Source: Bacteroides sp. (GTDB lineage Bacteria; Bacteroidota; Bacteroidia; Bacteroidales; Muribaculaceae). From it: 64,000 nucleotides of DNA. The DNA is taken from assembly GCA_014801865.1 (NCBI GenBank), contig JAAVDH010000039.1:3657-67656 (forward strand), in the 5' to 3' direction. The translations under genes and the position numbers were made by a program. The notes under the pieces were generated by a model that was given only the letters and a program-made list of their open reading frames with translations, was not told the origin of the DNA and ran no database searches. Shown in pieces: positions 9,774 to 20,200 of this stretch; the stretch's first letter is position 1; every line of letters starts with the position of its first letter.

Positions 9774-10778
9774 ATGAGATCTTCTTACGCAATGTTTACA
9801 GCCCTGTTGGGGGCTATGATGCTGTGTCCCTCAAAGGCTGAGGGTGTGGAGTTTAATAACGAATGGATGCCTGAAATTAACGGCACACTGCGCCCGCGCT
9901 ACGAGTGGTCGACCTCTACGGGCGACATGAGATTTCAGGTGCGTAATGCGCGTGTAAGCCTCAATGGTAAAATCGCCCCTATTATAACTTATCGTGCCGA
10001 AGTAGACCTCTGTCAGCTCGGAGCTGTAAGATGTCTTGATGTATGGGGACGTATAGATCTGTCGCGCACCGTGGCCGTGCAGGTGGGTCAGATGCGTATG
10101 CCGTTTACCTTAGGCTCATATCGTCCGCCTCATGTATATCTGTTTGCCAACCGCCCCTTTACAGACAAGCAGGTAGGTAGTCCCCGTCAGGTAGGTGCAA
10201 AGGGTATATTTCAGTTACCCAAGGTGCCGTTCAGCGTAGAGGCGGGTGTGTTCAACACTTCGGCTATCACCAATCACTCTGTATGGCAGGAGCATCTCGG
10301 CTATGCCGGAAAGGTGCGCTATATCCTTGACCGCAAGCTGACATTCCTTGCAGGCGCGCAGTCGCTATGTCCGCTTGATACCCGCGTCAATGACTTTTCG
10401 GGAGCCGTGTCATGGGACGACGGACGTTTCCTTCTCGAGGGTGAATATGTATATCGCCATCCTACTAACGACACATATTCTCCGGGCCATGCGTTCAACA
10501 TCATGGGAGACTATAAGATGAATGTCAAGGTAGGATATTTCAACCGTCTGTCATTTCAGGCCCGTTGGGACGGCATGACCGATATGTGGGACGGTACCTC
10601 TGATGCCATGCTTCCGGCCCGCAACCGCGTGACTCTCGGTACCACTCTGTCATACGTCTCCGGAGGTCTGCGCACCGATCTGCGTCTCAACTTCGAGCAG
10701 TGTTTCTATCACCACGGCGTAACCCCCACGGCCTCCGAGGGCAATAAACTCGTGGCCGAGATGGTAATACGCTTCTAA
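9774..10778 (+). CDS. Outer-membrane porin (OprO/P-like)
   Basis: Signal peptide, FQVRNARVSLNG and GQMRMPF motifs, C-terminal Phe; -7 element TAATTTTG at 9728. Confidence 0.8.
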   Translation: MRSSYAMFTALLGAMMLCPSKAEGVEFNNEWMPEINGTLRPRYEWSTSTGDMRFQVRNARVSLNGKIAPIITYRAEVDLCQLGAVRCLDVWGRIDLSRTVAVQVGQMRMPFTLGSYRPPHVYLFANRPFTDKQVGSPRQVGAKGIFQLPKVPFSVEAGVFNTSAITNHSVWQEHLGYAGKVRYILDRKLTFLAGAQSLCPLDTRVNDFSGAVSWDDGRFLLEGEYVYRHPTNDTYSPGHAFNIMGDYKMNVKVGYFNRLSFQARWDGMTDMWDGTSDAMLPARNRVTLGTTLSYVSGGLRTDLRLNFEQCFYHHGVTPTASEGNKLVAEMVIRF

Positions 10779-10817
10779 TCCCTACTCCTACAATTTAGAT
10801 AAGACCCCTGACCTCAT

Positions 10818-11594
10818 TTATTTGCGGGATGGGGTCTTACTGTATAACCATGTGTTGAGCATACCGACAAAGAGGGTTCCTCCTACGATATTGCCTATCG
10901 TCACGGGGATGAGGTTATGCATCAATGCTGTGAGGTCTATGCCTCCGTCGCTAAGCAACATCCCTGCGGGTATGAAAAACATATTGGCTACACAGTGCTC
11001 GAAGCCGAGTATCACGAATGCTCCTACGGGAATCCAGCATCCGAGGGCTTTGGCCGGAAGGGTATCGCCACACATAGCGAGCCAAACACCGAGACATACA
11101 AGCCAGTTGCAGCCTATGGCGCGCCAGAAGGCCGGTGAGGGGGCGAGCGATGACTTCGCGGCGGCTATCTTGGTGATGGCAGATGCAAATGGTTCGTTAT
11201 CGAGTGTGCCGCTCCCGATAACCATAATGCCTACTATTATCAAGGCGCCGATGAAGTTGCCGAGCCATACGAGCGTCCAGTTCGTGAATAGGCTCTTGTA
11301 GCTCACTCTACGGCTTGCCACGCCAGGCACGAGTACGGCACAGTTGCCCGTAAAGAGTTCGGATCCAAAGATTACCGTGAGTAACAGGCCTATGGGGAAG
11401 GTAAGCCCCGACACTATTTTCTGCAGTGAGGCATTGTCGGCAAATCCGGCCGAGGCGACTACGGACAGCAGTCCCCCCAAGGCTATGAACGCTCCCGCCA
11501 TTGCGGCTCTTACGATTAACTGAGTGAACGGATAGGTAGTCTTTACTACGCCGGCTGACGTGAATGAGTCGATAATGTCGGTCTGCGATTTCAT
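10818..11594 (-). CDS. Formate/nitrite transporter (FNT) family channel
   Basis: MAGAFIALG, FPIGL, ELFTGN, CNWLVCL and GFEHCVANM motifs. Confidence 0.93.
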   Translation of the reverse strand: MKSQTDIIDSFTSAGVVKTTYPFTQLIVRAAMAGAFIALGGLLSVVASAGFADNASLQKIVSGLTFPIGLLLTVIFGSELFTGNCAVLVPGVASRRVSYKSLFTNWTLVWLGNFIGALIIVGIMVIGSGTLDNEPFASAITKIAAAKSSLAPSPAFWRAIGCNWLVCLGVWLAMCGDTLPAKALGCWIPVGAFVILGFEHCVANMFFIPAGMLLSDGGIDLTALMHNLIPVTIGNIVGGTLFVGMLNTWLYSKTPSRK

Positions 11595-11816
11595 TGCCTA
11601 TGGGTTTAGTTGGTTGATTATTAATGAGCTGTATCGAGCGGTGGCTGAGTGCCACAGTCGTTTCAGACTGCAAAAGTAGCACTATTTTTTAAAAGCTCTT
11701 TAGCGCAGGTATGTCAAACCGGTTACGCCTCGGGCCATCACACGTGAATGATATATAATTTTGCAGCCATCATCATAAGTCAAGTGTAATCATATCCGTA
11801 TCCTCTCATATATGTC

Positions 11817-12203
11817 ATGATACTCCAATTATTTATAATATTCGCCTGCCTGGCAGTAGGAGAACTGGTGGTTTATCTCACCGGAGTGAAATTGCCGTCG
11901 AGTATTATCGGTATGGTATTGCTCACGCTGTTGCTCCAACTTAAGGTAGTGAAACTCGAGTGGGTAAAGGCGGCCAGCGACTTCCTGGTGGCTAATCTCG
12001 GATTCTTTTTCATACCCCCGGGAGTGGCATTGATGTGTTATTTCGATCTCGTGAAGGCCGAGTGGGTGCCTATCGTGGTAGCTACCGGAGTGAGCACCGT
12101 TATAGTGCTTCTCGTCACAGGCCATGCCCATCAGTGGTCGCGTCCTCATCATCATCACTCTCACCACCATAATACACAGAATTTCTCCGACTCACAATCG
12201 TAA
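11817..12203 (+). CDS. lrgA: CidA/LrgA family membrane protein with His-rich tail
   Basis: PSSIIGM and FFFIPPGV motifs; adjacent to LrgB. Confidence 0.9.
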   Translation: MILQLFIIFACLAVGELVVYLTGVKLPSSIIGMVLLTLLLQLKVVKLEWVKAASDFLVANLGFFFIPPGVALMCYFDLVKAEWVPIVVATGVSTVIVLLVTGHAHQWSRPHHHHSHHHNTQNFSDSQS

Positions 12204-12230
12204 CTGCGTATGCTCACCTCCTTCGTTGCT

Positions 12231-12929
12231 ATGGATATACTGTCCAATCAGTTTGTGTTGCTTGCCCTGACCTTTGGGGTGTATTTTGTCGCGTGTCGAT
12301 GCAGACAACGCATGGGGCAGACATGGCTCAATCCCATACTGTTGACTATCATAGTGCTTATCGTAGTGCTTAAGGCCATGGACGTCCCCTTTGAGACCTA
12401 TCAGCGCAGCGGTTCGCTCATCGAATTCTGGCTCAAACCGGCCGTTGTGGCTCTCGGGGTGCCGCTCTATCTGCAGTTGAAGTCCATACGTCGGCAGTTG
12501 TGGCCCATAATAGCATCGCAACTTGCAGGATGCGTAGCCGGTATAATCAGTGTGGTACTCATTGCCGACCTTCTCGGTGCATCGCGCGAAGTCATACTGT
12601 CGCTTGCCTCCAAATCGGTCACCACTCCTATTGCCATAGAAATTACCTCGACCGTAGGAGGCATACCATCGCTCACGGCTGCCGTGGTGGTGAGTGTGGG
12701 CATATTCGGGGCTATGTTTGGTTTTCAGGTACTCAACCTGGGCCATGTAGGCAGTCCCATAGCCCAGGGCCTGTCATTAGGCACAGCTTCACACGCCGTA
12801 GGCACTTCGGCCGCTCTCGAGAGGGGTCAACGCTATGGTGCTTTCGCGAGCCTCGGCCTCACCATCAATGGTATACTTACCGCCATACTCACTCCCACGA
12901 TTCTGGAGCTGATGGGGTACATGGATTGA
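12231..12929 (+). CDS. lrgB: LrgB family membrane protein
   Basis: LNPILL, PAVVALGVPLY, SKSVTTPIA and GTASHAVGT motifs. Start could be 12210 or 12231. Confidence 0.92.
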   Translation: MDILSNQFVLLALTFGVYFVACRCRQRMGQTWLNPILLTIIVLIVVLKAMDVPFETYQRSGSLIEFWLKPAVVALGVPLYLQLKSIRRQLWPIIASQLAGCVAGIISVVLIADLLGASREVILSLASKSVTTPIAIEITSTVGGIPSLTAAVVVSVGIFGAMFGFQVLNLGHVGSPIAQGLSLGTASHAVGTSAALERGQRYGAFASLGLTINGILTAILTPTILELMGYMD

Positions 12930-13088
12930 GGTATGACGGATGGGTGTACATGCACAAAAAAGAGAGGGGGCCTCACGGCTGCCTCTCTCTCCATTCATCA
13001 CATTATGCTTATTAGTGCTATTCGCTTTATGAAATATCTGTTACTAATCTAAATTCTTTTTTTTTGGGGCGGGGGAGATACCGGTAGA

Positions 13089-13664
13089 TTAATATCGGCT
13101 CTCGACTACTGACCAGTCAACTATCTCCCACAGGCGATGCAGTTGCTCAGCACGGCGGTTCTGATAGTCAAGATAGTAGGCATGTTCCCATACATCAAAT
13201 ACGAGCAGGGGCTGCAGACCGTCGGTCAGAGGGTTTCCGGCATTGGAGGTCTGGGTGATAAACAGTTTCCCGTCATTGTCCTTTGAGAGCCACACCCATC
13301 CGGAGCCGAAGATTTTAGTTCCGGCTTCCTCAAATTCCTTTTTAAAATCGTCAAACGATCCGAACTGTTCGTCAATAGCCTTGCGCAACTCGCCTTCAGG
13401 CTCGCCGCCTCCCTCGGGAGAAAAGGCAAAGAAGTAGAAGATGTGGTTCCATGCCTGTGAGGCATTGTTGAAAAGAGGGCCATCGGCAGTGCGGATAATA
13501 TCCTCAAGCGGCATATCGGCATAAATGGTGCCATCGATGAGCTTGTTGAGATTGTCTATATAGGCCTTCTCATGCTTGCCATAGTGGTAATCGACTGTTT
13601 CCTGTGAAATTACCGGTGCAAGAGCATCAGGAGCATAGGGGAGTTTGGGAAGTGTATAGACCAT
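13089..13664 (-). CDS. sodB: Fe/Mn superoxide dismutase
   Basis: HYGKHEKAY, NNASQAWNH and DVWEHAYY metal ligands; Gln in the Fe-type position. Confidence 0.96.
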   Translation of the reverse strand: MVYTLPKLPYAPDALAPVISQETVDYHYGKHEKAYIDNLNKLIDGTIYADMPLEDIIRTADGPLFNNASQAWNHIFYFFAFSPEGGGEPEGELRKAIDEQFGSFDDFKKEFEEAGTKIFGSGWVWLSKDNDGKLFITQTSNAGNPLTDGLQPLLVFDVWEHAYYLDYQNRRAEQLHRLWEIVDWSVVESRY

Positions 13665-13828
13665 AGTTGTTATGCGGATATTAAGTTATTAGAAATCTGT
13701 ATCTGTTAGTAATTCATAAGCTGCGTTTTTATCGTAGCTTGTATTAGCATAACGGTTGAGACCGTGATTGGTTCGCACATATCCTCACTTTGACATTTTT
13801 TTAGCAATAGCACCCGGAGGGCGAGGGG

Positions 13829-13885
13829 ATATGAGTAACCCCGATCATCTCCCGGGAGGGGGGCGATGGTCGGGGTTACTCATAT
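13829..13885. terminator. Long hairpin downstream of cydB
   Basis: ATATGAGTAACCCCGATCATC / GATGGTCGGGGTTACTCATAT, 21-bp stem with one wobble. Confidence 0.6.
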
Positions 13886-13962
13886 TTCTGCGCCTGACAG
13901 TGTCGTGAGAGCGCGTAGGTTTGCTATATCATTGGGATAGATCCGTCACAAGGAATAAAATA

Positions 13963-15123
13963 TCAGTATTTTTCTTCGCCGGGGGTCTCCATCTCCTTGG
14001 GAGTAATGGGTTTGCGGAGGGCATACCACACGTAGATGATGTAGCCGAGTACGAAGGGAATGATGACTGATACCCAACTCATCACCTCGAGGGTGAAGTG
14101 GCTTGATGAGGAGTTACGTATGCTCAGCGAGCAGTTGGGGTCAAGCAGTGAAGGGAAGTAGGGGGTGTCGTTGAATCCGGCTACCCAGAATAGGCTGATG
14201 ACAACCAGTGTGGCTCCGAGGCCGGTAAACCAGAGGCCATTCTTGAAGTGCTTGCACAGGGCGCCGGCTCCAATACCGTAGAGTACTGCCACCACGCCGA
14301 GAAGCAGCATGATAAGACACCACCAGAGGGTAATGTAGTTGTGGAAATACTTGTAGTCGACCCATTCAAAGGAGTGGAGCAGGGTGGGGATGCCTCCTTG
14401 TGAAGTGGCCTGAAGTCCGCGTGAGGTGAGTAGCACTCCCATGAAGGCGAGGAAGAAGACCACGAATATCACACCGTTGACGAGCACGCGGCGTTTGTTG
14501 GCTTTGAAGAGAGCATCATCACCGTCGATATTAAGCTGGAAGTAGAGCGCGGCCTGGGTGCGTGCGAGGAAGAGCACGGCAAAGCCGAGCAGGAGATTCT
14601 TCCAGTTGAAGATGGCCTCGATACCGTGGGAGGGTGCCCATACCGAAATGACGGGTGCCGAGGTGTCGAGCACGTTGGTCATGGTAACGGTAAATTCACC
14701 GCCGAAGAACATCATGGCTACGGCAACCCCGAGAAGTATGCAGCCCACACATCCGTTGAAGAACAGGAATATGTCGTAGGTGCGGGTGCCGTAGAGGTTG
14801 CCCGGTTCACGACGATATTTGTAGCTGACAGCCTGGAGTACGAAGCTTATGAGGATAAGCATCCACAGCCAGTATGCACCACCGAATGATGTAGAGTAGA
14901 ATAGAGGGAATGAAGCGAAGAAGGCACCGCCGAACACGACGAGAGTGGTAAACGTAAGTTCCCATTTGCGGCCAAGCGAGTTAACCATCATGGTTCGCTG
15001 AAGTTTTGTTTCGGCACCCCAAAGAAGGGTCTGACCTCCCTGTACGAACAGCAGGAACACCAGTGCGGCTCCGAGGACTGATATCAGAATCCACCAATAA
15101 GCCTGAAGATAAAAAAGTTCCAT
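13963..15123 (-). CDS. cydB: Cytochrome bd ubiquinol oxidase subunit II
   Basis: Polytopic membrane protein with GRKWELTFTTLV...FPLFYSTSF; follows cydA. Confidence 0.93.
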   Translation of the reverse strand: MELFYLQAYWWILISVLGAALVFLLFVQGGQTLLWGAETKLQRTMMVNSLGRKWELTFTTLVVFGGAFFASFPLFYSTSFGGAYWLWMLILISFVLQAVSYKYRREPGNLYGTRTYDIFLFFNGCVGCILLGVAVAMMFFGGEFTVTMTNVLDTSAPVISVWAPSHGIEAIFNWKNLLLGFAVLFLARTQAALYFQLNIDGDDALFKANKRRVLVNGVIFVVFFLAFMGVLLTSRGLQATSQGGIPTLLHSFEWVDYKYFHNYITLWWCLIMLLLGVVAVLYGIGAGALCKHFKNGLWFTGLGATLVVISLFWVAGFNDTPYFPSLLDPNCSLSIRNSSSSHFTLEVMSWVSVIIPFVLGYIIYVWYALRKPITPKEMETPGEEKY

Positions 15124-15131
15124 ATTAAGCG

Positions 15132-16700
15132 TTAGTCTTTAAGAGATTCGTAATCGAGTTTTGAGCCTTTCTTGATTTGATTAAGCATGATGCATACTTC
15201 GGCAGCCAGTAGCATGGTAAATACTACGGCAAACATCCAGAAAGTGACTATCACGGCGTTTTCTCCCGCAGCTGAAATGGCGGCGCGTGTAGGCATGATA
15301 CTTTCGATAATCCACGGCTGACGGCCTACCTCGGCTGTGATCCATCCGCACTCTGAACATACCCATACGACACAGATGGTAAGCATTCCTGCCCACTGCA
15401 CTATCTTGTTGCTCCAGAAACGGGGCTGACGATAGGTAAACCACAGTACGAGTACGAAGAATAGCAGCAGGTATCCGCCGCAAATCACCATGATATGGAA
15501 AGCGTAGAAGGTGAGTGCTACCGGGGGGACGGCTTCATAGGGGCTATCAAGATAGCCGTAGCCGAAGTATTTGTAGTTTTCTTTGAGCTGAGCCTGTGCG
15601 GCGGCCATACCCTCGCTGTCGCTCTGGGCCATGGCGGTATCGTAGGCACGGAGAGCTTCATGAGCTTTCTTACCTATGGCTATGCGGTCGGCGTATGAGT
15701 CTACGTGGAATGTATCGCCCTCCTCGGTCATTCTCACACCGTCGATAAGATCGTTGATACCGGGCACAAAGGCGTGAGGATTGTGTGTGGCGAGGAATGA
15801 CAGGCCGTAAGGAATCTGAATGTCAAGAATGAAGGGGTCTTCGTCATTGTCGGCCTCTTTCGAGGGATTGAGTATGCCGAAGGCGGTGATGGGCTGGGCG
15901 GGGCGTCCGTTGTACAGACCTTCCATAGCGGCGAGCTTCATGGGCTGTACGCGGGCTACGTCAACGGCCGAACCGTCGCCGGTCCAGAGGGTGATGAGGA
16001 TACCGAAGAGACCGGTCCATCCGGCCACTTTTATTGAGCGCAGGGCCATGTCGCGGTTGCGTCCCTTGAAGAGGAACCAGCAGCTTACGCCTACCACGAA
16101 GCAGCTTCCAACCACCCAACCGTTGAGCACGGTGTGGAAGAACTTATGGATAGCCACGGGTGATAATACCACGTCGGCGAAAGAGTCCATGACATTACGC
16201 ATCTGAGCCGGGTCAAACTCCATGCCTACAGGATATTGCATCCAGGCGTTAGCTATCAGAATCCACATCGATGACAGCACTACACCCAGGGCTGTGAGCC
16301 ACGATGAGGCAAGGTGAAATGCCGGACTAACTTTCTTCCATCCGAAGAACATTACGGCAATAAACGTAGACTCCATAAAGAACGCCAGCAGGCCTTCAAT
16401 GGCAAGCGGGGCTCCGAAGATGTCGCCTACAAACCAACTGTAGTTCGACCAGTTAGTACCGAATTCAAATTCCAGAATGATACCGGTGGCCACACCGATG
16501 GCGAAGTTGATGCCGAAGAGCATCATCCAGAATTTAGTTATGGCAAGCCATTTTTCACTTTTCGTACGGTAATAGATGGTCTCCATAATGGCCACTATCA
16601 CCGAGAGTCCGATTGTAAGCGGTACAAACAGCCAATGATACATCGCTGTCAGCGCAAACTGTCCGCGCGACCAGTCGACAACGCTCATTAAGTCATCCAT
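15132..16700 (-). CDS. cydA: Cytochrome bd ubiquinol oxidase subunit I
   Basis: YHWLFVP, EFEFGTNW, QPMKLAAMEG and EVGRQPW motifs. Confidence 0.97.
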   Translation of the reverse strand: MDDLMSVVDWSRGQFALTAMYHWLFVPLTIGLSVIVAIMETIYYRTKSEKWLAITKFWMMLFGINFAIGVATGIILEFEFGTNWSNYSWFVGDIFGAPLAIEGLLAFFMESTFIAVMFFGWKKVSPAFHLASSWLTALGVVLSSMWILIANAWMQYPVGMEFDPAQMRNVMDSFADVVLSPVAIHKFFHTVLNGWVVGSCFVVGVSCWFLFKGRNRDMALRSIKVAGWTGLFGILITLWTGDGSAVDVARVQPMKLAAMEGLYNGRPAQPITAFGILNPSKEADNDEDPFILDIQIPYGLSFLATHNPHAFVPGINDLIDGVRMTEEGDTFHVDSYADRIAIGKKAHEALRAYDTAMAQSDSEGMAAAQAQLKENYKYFGYGYLDSPYEAVPPVALTFYAFHIMVICGGYLLLFFVLVLWFTYRQPRFWSNKIVQWAGMLTICVVWVCSECGWITAEVGRQPWIIESIMPTRAAISAAGENAVIVTFWMFAVVFTMLLAAEVCIMLNQIKKGSKLDYESLKD

Positions 16701-16756
16701 AATACTTAAAAAGGTAGTAAGGGTTTAGAAATTGAATTTTGGTATTGAATTAATTT

Positions 16757-17077
16757 TTATTCAGCGGATGATGAGGAGGTGGAAGATGATGATGGCGAGG
16801 AGGAATATTCGGGTGAGGATGAAGAGGGAGCGATTCTTTCGGGAGCAAGCATGGAGCGGCGCACAGCATCGGCGCGGTCGCCGTCATTGTCGTAGTCACG
16901 TTTAAGTATGTCGGGAAAGAAGAATAGCTTGAATACAAAAAATATGATAAACAGCTTTATGAGTATCATGATCCAAAGCGTGCGACCTACGGTCATCTGG
17001 CGGAATCCGTCAACGTAAAATGACAGAATCCGTGCCGGGAGCGAACGTTTGCGGGGCGTTGGGGCTTCGTTGTTCAT
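16757..17077 (-). CDS. DUF4492 family small membrane protein (cydA-associated) with Ser-rich tail
   Basis: FYVDGFRQMTVGRTLWIMILIKLFIIFFVFKLFFFP; usual position upstream of Bacteroidota cydA. Confidence 0.85.
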   Translation of the reverse strand: MNNEAPTPRKRSLPARILSFYVDGFRQMTVGRTLWIMILIKLFIIFFVFKLFFFPDILKRDYDNDGDRADAVRRSMLAPERIAPSSSSPEYSSSPSSSSTSSSSAE

Positions 17078-17216
17078 GATAGGCTATAAAACAAGTAACT
17101 TTTATTTATTACAGTCGCAATGGTTAAAGTGTTCGCCACTGAAGTGAAAGTTTTTGCAAATCTACAAAAAAAGATATTTTATACAATGAGGGTAAGTAAG
17201 AAATGACGTACACTCA

Positions 17217-20200
17217 TCAGTTTTCGGGTTGTGCGGGTGCCAGGTCGATTTTGTATCGCGACGGTTCAGTGGCATGCTCCTTGTGGGGGAGCACGGTGGG
17301 AATGGAGTCAGATGTGTCTGAGGAGCCGGCGTTCTTCCATGGCCACCATTTGCGCAGGGGACGCAGGAATGATGTGAAACTGTCGAAATCGCGACGTATC
17401 TCCAGACCTACTCCCTGGGTTGTGAGTGCGCTTCGCAGGTAGTAGTTCTGGTCGTTGTAGCGGTTATAGGCCTTTAGGCGGAATGTGCCGGCACGGTTAA
17501 GCAGATATTCAATATCGAAGTCGCCGATAAAAGTATTGGTATTTAGCGACTTGTCACGATAGCCGAAGTTGCCGTTGAGCAGCAGGCGATTGTTGAGCAG
17601 ATGACTTGACAGGGCCAGGTCGACTTCTACATCGGAGAAGTCGCCGCGGTCAGACCTCACGTTGGGGGCTATGCTCCATTTGTCACTGAGTTGGCCAAGG
17701 ATATTGCCGAGCTGCGACGATAGTGTTGATGAAGCCACACTTACCAACTCATTGCCGCGCGTGGCCGCCATATAGTCGGGGGTATAGAAGCGGTTGAGAG
17801 CCAGTAGATAGATTATCTGACGGTTCATCATCTCTTCGGTGCTCACAATGGAGCGCACCTTGCGGTAAGTGTCTTGCGTAAGGGTGGGGAACTCTATGTC
17901 GAAGTCTATATCTGGCTGAGCCATGTCACCCTTCACTATCATTACGGCGTGGACAGGTACGTTCGTGCGGTTCAGCTCCTTGTCCTGGAGGAATGATTCG
18001 TCGAGGTCCGACAGATTGGCATTAAGAGCATAGTAGGCCCTCAGGTCGAGCTGGGCATTGTAGGGATCGCCCTGGAATGATATCGATGAACCGTCCTGAA
18101 TGGTGAAGTCCTTGATGATAATGTCCTGAAGAGTGAAGTTGTAGCTGCCCTGAGTGAGGGTATAGGTGCCGAACATGCGCACATCCTCATTGGCTGAGTC
18201 ATAGGTGAGTCGCAGTATGCCACTGCCGCGTGAGGTGATTCTGTCGCCTCCTACCGGATCCATTACGAGCGTTACGAGAGCCTGCGGATTGACCTCTACC
18301 TGAAAGTCCATCTTATATACCGAGGGTTTGTCGGTGTTCATATTGGCTATGCGGTCGCGCAGACGGCGCACAATCTCCGGCGTCGGGTCGGCCATGCGTA
18401 TGGAGTCTTTCCTGGCCTTGTCGCGGTCGCGGAAGGTTATGAAGGTGTAGTCATTGGCCTGCTCCGTATCGCTGAGCACGAAGGCAAAAGTGGTGTTGGG
18501 AGCGGTAGAGACATTCACCCCTATGTCTATCAATCCGGGTATACCGTTGACATTCACACTACCGTTGGCGAATACCCTGCCATACCATGGATGCTCGATA
18601 TTCTCCTTGATGTCGTATGCAAGTACCTCGTGGAGATCGGTGATGGCGAAGTGAAAGGCCGGTTCCTTGAAACACTTGTGGGTGACCCATCCGTTGAGTA
18701 TTCCCGTGTGGCCATAGCGGTCTTTCAGTGTGATGTTCTCGAGATTTATACGTCCGGGAGTGAGGTGGATGGAGTCTGTGGCCCAGTAGGTAGTACCTGT
18801 AAATCCGAGTTTCAGACTCACATCTTCGGCGTATATGTTGCCCACCATATCTATAAACTTGAAGCTGCCCCACAGTCGTGCATTACCTGAAGCATAGCCA
18901 TCAATATCATCGGCAAAGGCGGCCATAAACGGACGCAGGAATCCTACCTGTATGCGGTCAGCGTCGAAATGGAAGTCAAGCGAGTCGGCCATCGGCATTA
19001 TACGCCCGTCGATGTACGAGTGACGGCCGTTGGGTTGTGATACGTCGGCCTTTATTGCTACGGCCTTGCGCACAGCGTCCCAGTTTGATTGTATATCGGC
19101 ATTGCCCATCAGCGACTGATTGTATTTCAGGCCGTCGACATGGAGCAGGGGAGTATAGAGATGAGGTTGGGGCGAGAGTACCGATGAGGCGTAGAATGTG
19201 CCGGTGGCAACTCCGCCGAACTGCACATTGTTTATATCGAGAGTCTCGAAAATATAGTCGAGATTCACATTGCTCAGTCGTAGCGTAAGGCTGTCGTCAG
19301 GGGCTGCGGAAACCGTACCGTCAATGGTGATGAACTGATTGTCATGGCCCACATTGAATCCGTCGACCCTGATATGTCCGGGCATAAAGTCAATAGCGGC
19401 AGACGAGATATTCCACACCGTATCGTTAAACACCAGTTCGCCGGGATTGAGGCGAATACCGGCCGACACTTGTTCCAAATTCTCGGGACGCTCAAAGTCG
19501 GCACTCACGCTTATCTGTCCGTTAAACTCTCTTTCGCGGTCTACTACGAAGTCTATGCCCGTGTCGAGATGATTATTTGTGCCGAAAGCCTTTATGCCGA
19601 GGGTCATTTTTCCCTTTTTGGTAGGTAGGACGGTGGAGAGGGTCAAGGACGCGCGGCGATCGACCGACAGATTGAGTCGGGTATCCTCGATGAGTTTATC
19701 CTTTTGCTTAAGATATGGAGCATCGAGAGTCAGGAGTGCGCGTCCGGTATTCTGATCGAGTATACCGGTGATATCCACATTATAGATGACCTCCACGGGG
19801 AGCTTGACCAGCGGAGCGAGCGGCGATGTATCCTTGACGGTGATACCGAAATGTATGTTGTTGATATCCTCATCATCCTTCACCGTTATATCCTTAGGGC
19901 TTATGAGCGCCGGCATGACTCCTGCGGCTATGTTCCTTACAAACGTCGGTAGAGTCTGCCAATGGAAGTTGCCCGACATCCATGCGTCGGCTATATCTGA
20001 CGAGAGCATCAGTTCTGCCGGACTGTCATGTGCATCGGCATGTATGGATATATCCTTGATGTTCAGACCTTCTCCGTCGGGGTTGGTGTAGTTTACGTTA
20101 TGGAATGTAACCTGTCCGGTCAGATGATTGATATCTCGGCCGCTTATCTGTCCGTCGCCGTTAAGCGACAGGCTGTAATCGGGGTGCGACGATGTGAGGT

